A stretch of 64,000 nt of DNA, taken from NCBI GenBank assembly GCA_964016885.1, contig OZ024744.1, positions 30,566,001-30,630,000 of the forward strand. The letters are read 5' to 3'. Positions 58,946-64,000 of this stretch are shown piece after piece. The first letter of the stretch is position 1. Each line of letters starts with the position of its first letter. This stretch comes from Eledone cirrhosa (taxonomy: Eukaryota). The notes below the pieces were generated by a model. That model saw only the letters and a program-made list of their open reading frames with translations, was not told the DNA's origin and ran no database searches. The position numbers were made by a program, and so were the translations under genes.

Positions 58946-60339
58946 TTCCTGATGATTTCTAAAGAATGAAACAGTCCTAGTCGTGTAGAATCTCATCTAT
59001 ATTAAACATTTGTGATTCCCAGATTCCTGATGATTTCTAAAGAATGAAACAGTTCTCGTCCTGTAGAATCTCATATATATTAAAAAATTTTGATACCCAG
59101 ATTCCTGATGTTTTCTAAAGAATGAAACAGTTCTAGTCCTGTAGAATATCATCTATATTAAAATTTTTTGATACCCAGTTTCCTGATGATTTCTAATGAA
59201 TGAAACAGTTCTAGTCCTGTAGAATCTTATCTATATTAACATTTTTTGACACCCAGATTCCTGATGATTTCTAAAGAGTGAAACAGTTCTAGTCCTGTAG
59301 AATCTCATCTATATTAAAATTTTTTGACACCCAGATTCCTGATGATTTCTAAAGAATGAAACAGTTCTAGTCCTGTAGAATCTCATCTATATTAAATTTT
59401 ATTGATACCCAGATTCCTGATGATTTCTAAAGAATGAAACAGTTCTAGTCCTGTAGAATCTCATCCATATTAACATTTTTAATACCCAGATGTCTGATGA
59501 ATTCTAAAGAATGAAACAGTTCTAGTCCTGTAGAATCTCATCCATATTAACATTTTTAATACCCAGATGTCTGATGAATTCTAAAGAATGAAACAGTTCT
59601 AGTCCTGTAGAATCTCATCTATATTAACATTTTTGATACCCACATTCCTGATGATTTCTAAATAATGAAACAGTTCTAGTCCTCTAGAATCTCATCTATA
59701 TTAACATTTTTTGACACCCAGATTCCTGATGATTTCTAAAGAATGAAACAGTTCTAGTCCTGTAGAATCTCATCTATATTAAAAATGTTTGATACCCAGA
59801 TTGCTGATGATTTCTAAAGAATGAAACAGTTCTAGTCCTGTAGAATCTCATCTATATTAAAATTTGTTGATACCCAGATTCCTGATGATTTCTAAAGAAT
59901 GAAACAGTTCTAGTCCTGTAGAATCTCATCTATATTAAAATTCTTTGATACCCAGATTCCTGATGATTTCTAAAGAATGAAACAGTTCTAGTCCTGTAGA
60001 ATCTCATATATAGTAAAATTGTTTGATACCCAGATTGCTGATGATTTCTAAAGAATGAAACAGTTCTAGTCCTTTAGAATCTCATGCATATTAAAATTTT
60101 TTGATGCCCAGATTCCTGATAATTTCTAAAGAATGAAACAGTTGTAGTCCTGTAGAATCTCATCTATATTAACATTTTTTGATACCCAGATTCCTGATGA
60201 TTTCTAAAGAATGAAACAGTTCTAGTCCTGTAGAATCTCATCTACATTAACATTTTTTGATACCCAGATTCCTTATAATTTCTAAAGAATGAAACAGTTC
60301 TAGTCCTGTAGAATCTCATCTATATTAAAAAATTTTGAT

Positions 60340-62600
60340 ACCCAGATTCCTGATGATTTCTAAGAATGAAATAGTTTTAGTCCTGTAGAATCTCATCTAT
60401 ATTAACATTTTTTGATACCCAGATTCCTGATGATTTCTAAAGAATGAAACAGTTCTAGTCCTGTAGAATCTCATCTATATTAACATTTTTTGATACCCAG
60501 ATTCCTGATGATTTCTAAAGAATGAAACAGTTCTAGTCCTGTCGAATCTCATCTATGTTAACATTTTTTGATACCCAGATTCCTGATGATTTCTAAAGAA
60601 TGAAACAATTCTAGTCCTGTAGAATCTCATCTATATTAACATTTTTTAACACCCAGATTCCTGATGATTTCTAAAGAATGAAACAGTTCTAGTCCTGTAG
60701 AATCTCATCTATATTAACATTTTTTGACACCCAGATTCCTGATGATTTGTAAAGAATGAAACAGTTCTAGTCCTTTAGAATCTCATCCATATTAAAATTT
60801 TTTGATACCCAGATTCCTGATGATTTCTAAAGAATGAAACAGTTCTAGTCCTGTAGAATCTCATCTATATTAAAATTTTTTGTTACCCAGATTCCTGATG
60901 ATTTCCAAAGAATGAAACAGTTCTAGTCCTGTAGAATCTCATCTATATTAAAATTTGTTGGTACCCAGATTCCTGATGATTTCTAAAGAATGAAACAGTT
61001 CTAGTCCTGTAGAATCTCATCTATATTAACATTTTTTGATACCCAAATGTCTGATGTATTCTAAAGAATGAAACAGTTCTAGTCCTGTAGAATCTCATCT
61101 ATATTAACATTTTTGATACTCAGATTCCTGATGATTTCTAAAGAATGAAACAGTTCTAGTCCTGTAGAATCTCATCTATATTAACATTTTTTAACACCCA
61201 GATTCCTGATGATTTCTAAAGAATGAAACAGTTCTAGTCCTGTAGAATCTCATCTATATTAACATTTTTTGATACCCAGATTCCTGATGATTTGTAAAGA
61301 ATGAAACAGTTCTAGTCCTTTAGAATCTCATATATATTAAAATTTTTTGATACCCAGATTCCTGATGATTTCTAAAGAATGAAACAATTCTAGTCCTGTA
61401 GAATCTCATCTATATTAAAATTTTTTGATACCCAGATTCCTGATGATTTCTAAAGAATGAAACAGTTCTAGTCCTGTAGAATCTCATCTATATTAAAATT
61501 TTTTGATACCCAGATTCCTGATGATTTCTAAGAATGAAATAGTTCTAGTCCTGTAGAATCTCATCTATATTAACATTTTTTGATACCCAGATTCCTGATG
61601 ATTTCTAAAGAATGAAACAGTTCTAGTCCTGTCGAATCTCATCTATGTTAACATTTTTTGATACCCAGATTCCTGATGATTTCTAAAGAATGAAACAATT
61701 CTAGTCCTGTAGAATCTCATCTATATTAACATTTTTTAACACCCAGATTCCTGATGATTTCTAAAGAATGAAACAGTTCTAGTCCTGTAGAATCTCATCT
61801 ATATTAACATTTTTTGACACCCAGATTCCTAATGATTTGTAAAGAATGAAACAGTTCTAGTCCTTTAGAATCTCATCCATATTAAAATTTTTTGATACCC
61901 AGATTCCTGATGATTTCTAAAGAATGAAACAGTTCTAGTCCTGTAGAATCTCATCTATATTAAAATTTTTTGTTACCCAGATTCCTGATGATTTCCAAAG
62001 AATGAAACAGTTGTAGTCCTTTAGAATCTCATCTATATTAAAATTTGTTGATACCCAGATTCCTGATGATTTCTAAAGAATGAAACAGTTCTAGTCCTGT
62101 AGAATCTCATCTATATTAACATTTTTTGATACCCAAATGTCTGATGTATTCTAAAGAATGAAACAGTTCTAGTCCTGTAGAATCTCATCTATATTAACAT
62201 TTTTGATACCCAGATTCCTGATGATTTCTAAAGAATGAAACAGTTCTAGTCCTGTAGAATCTCATCTATATTAACATTTTTTAACACCCAGATTCCTGAT
62301 GATTTCTAAAGAATGAAACAGTTCTAGTCCTGTAGAATCTCATCTATATTAACATTTTTTGATACCCAGATTCCTGATGATTTGTAAAGAATGAAACAGT
62401 TCTAGTCCTTTAGAATCTCATCCATATTAAAATTTTTTGATACCCAGATTCCTGATGATTTCTAAAGAATGAAACAATTCTAGTCCTGTAGAATCTCATC
62501 TATATTAAAATTTTTTGATACCCAGATTCCTGATGATTTCTAAAGAATGAAACAGTTCTAGTCCTGTAGAATCTCATCTATATTAAAATTTTTTGATACC
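60340..62600. repeat. 14-monomer duplication (1090 bp) overlying a 7-monomer (545 bp) periodicity
   Basis: TTAACACCC at 60646, 61191, 61736 and 62281. The TTTGTAAAG variant (TGT) at 60748, 61293, 61838 and 62383. GTCGAATCTC occurs only at 60541 and 61631. Confidence 0.88.
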
Positions 62601-64000
62601 CAGATTCCTGATGATTTCTAAAGAATGAAACAGTTCTAGTCCTGTAGAACCTCATCTATATTAACATTTTTTGATACCCAGATTCCTGATGATTTCTAAA
62701 GAATGAAACAGTTCTAGTCCTGTAGAATCTCATATATATTAACATTTTTTGACACCCAGATTCCTGATGATTTCTAAAGAATGAAACAGTTCTAGTCGTG
62801 TAGAATCTCATCTATATTAAACATTTGTGATACCCAGATTCCTGATGATTTCTAAAGAATGAAACAGTTCTCGTTCTGTAGAATCTCATGTATATTAAAA
62901 AATTCTGATACCCAGATTCCTGATGTTTTCAAAAGAATGAAACAGTTCTAGTCCTGTAGAATATCATCTATACTAAAATTTTTTGATACCCGGTTTACTG
63001 ATGATTTCTAATGAATGAAACATTTCTAGTCCTGTAGAATCTCATCTATATTAAAATTTTTTGACATCCAGATTCTTGATGATTTCTAAAGAATGAAACA
63101 GTTCTAGTCCTGTAGAATCTCATCTATATTAAAATTTTTTGACACCCAGATTCCTGATGATTTCTAAAGAATGAAACAGTTGTAGTTCAGTAGAATCTCA
63201 TCTATATTAACACTTTTTGATACCCAGATTCTTGATGATTTCTAAAGAATGAAACAGTTCTAGTCCTGTAGAATCTAATCTATATTTACATTTTTTGATA
63301 CCCAGATTCCTGATGATTTCCAAAGAATGAAACAGTTCTAGTCCTGTAGAATCTCATGTATATTAAAATTTGTTGATACACAGATTCCTGATGATTTCTA
63401 AAGAATGAAACAGTTCTAGTCCTGTAGAATCTCATCTATATTAACATTTTTTGATACCCAGATGTCTGATGAATTCTAAAGAATGAAACAGTTCTAGTCC
63501 TGTAGAATCTCATCTATATTAACATTTTTGATACCCAGATTCCTGATGATTTCTAAAGAATGAAACAGTTCTAGTCCTGTAGAATCTCATCTATATTAAA
63601 ATTTTTTGATACCCAGATTCCTGATGATTTCTAAAGAATGAAACAGTTCTAGTCCTGTAGAATCTCATCTACATTAAAATTTTTTGATACACAGATTCCT
63701 GATGATTTCTAAAGAATGAAACAGTTCTAGTCCTGTAGAATCTAATCTATATTTACATTTTTTGCTACCCAGATTCCTGATGATTTCCAAAGAATGAAAC
63801 AGTTCTAGTCCTGTAGAATCTCATCTATATTAACATTTTTGATACCCAGATTCCTGATGATTTCTAAAGAATGAAACAGTTCTAGTCCTTTAGAATCTCA
63901 TGCATATTAAAATTTTTTGATGCCCAGATTCCTGATAATTTCTAAAGAATGAAACAGTTGTAGTCCTGTAGAATCTCATCTATATTAACATTTTTTGATA

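Larger units (their letters stand above)
54170..59780. repeat. Tandem block duplication, period 2774 bp (36 monomers including one 51-bp truncated monomer)
   Basis: CCTAGATGTC at 54247/57021, deletion junction at 56161/58935 and TTTCTAAATA at 56881/59655. Confidence 0.93.
1..64000. repeat. Tandem satellite DNA array, 78-bp monomer, ~820 copies, single orientation; likely centromeric/pericentromeric heterochromatin
   Basis: The 78-nt unit repeats from the first base to the last with only substitutions and small indels. The consensus has 24/78 G+C and no CpG. The ORF track shows a matching 26-aa periodicity. The centromeric location is inferred from the architecture only. Confidence 0.99.

Noticed and set aside
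1-64000. CRISPR-like pattern of a constant part plus a variable part
   Set aside because: The variable segments are point variants of one sequence, not unique spacers, and no cas genes are present.
1-64000. tRNA-sized unit suggesting a tRNA, 5S or snRNA gene array
   Set aside because: I saw no cloverleaf, no Pol III A/B boxes and no spacer between units.
1-64000. TATA-like TATATTAA/TATATAAA and T6 tract as promoter or terminator
   Set aside because: These are expected in an AT-rich monomer, and nothing is present for them to regulate.
1-64000. Strict alternating A/B dimer (156-bp HOR), CENP-B box, telomeric motifs, inversions or TE insertions
   Set aside because: The C/A alleles at position 61 do not alternate regularly, and none of the other elements were seen on reading.

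Overview
The whole 64 kb is one uninterrupted head-to-tail array of a 78-bp AT-rich (~31% GC) satellite, about 820 monomers, all in one orientation. The consensus read from the sequence is TTCCTGATGATTTCTAAAGAATGAAACAGTTCTAGTCCTGTAGAATCTCATCTATATTAA[C/A]ATTTTTTGATACCCAGA. I found no genes, RNA genes, transposons or unique sequence. The five predicted 81-aa ORFs are read-throughs of three monomers. The informative signal is in the monomer variants. They reveal recent, nested, variable-length block duplications of about 6, 7, 14, 17, 26, 30-33, 35, 36, 42/47 and 93 monomers, plus dispersed copies 13.8 and 14.7 kb apart, rather than one fixed higher-order repeat. There are also two out-of-register junction monomers (100 bp and 51 bp) and regional sub-families. 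This architecture is typical of eukaryotic (peri)centromeric satellite DNA, which is an inference; I cannot identify the organism or a named family. Offsets were measured by eye from marker variants, so block boundaries are approximate to about one monomer.
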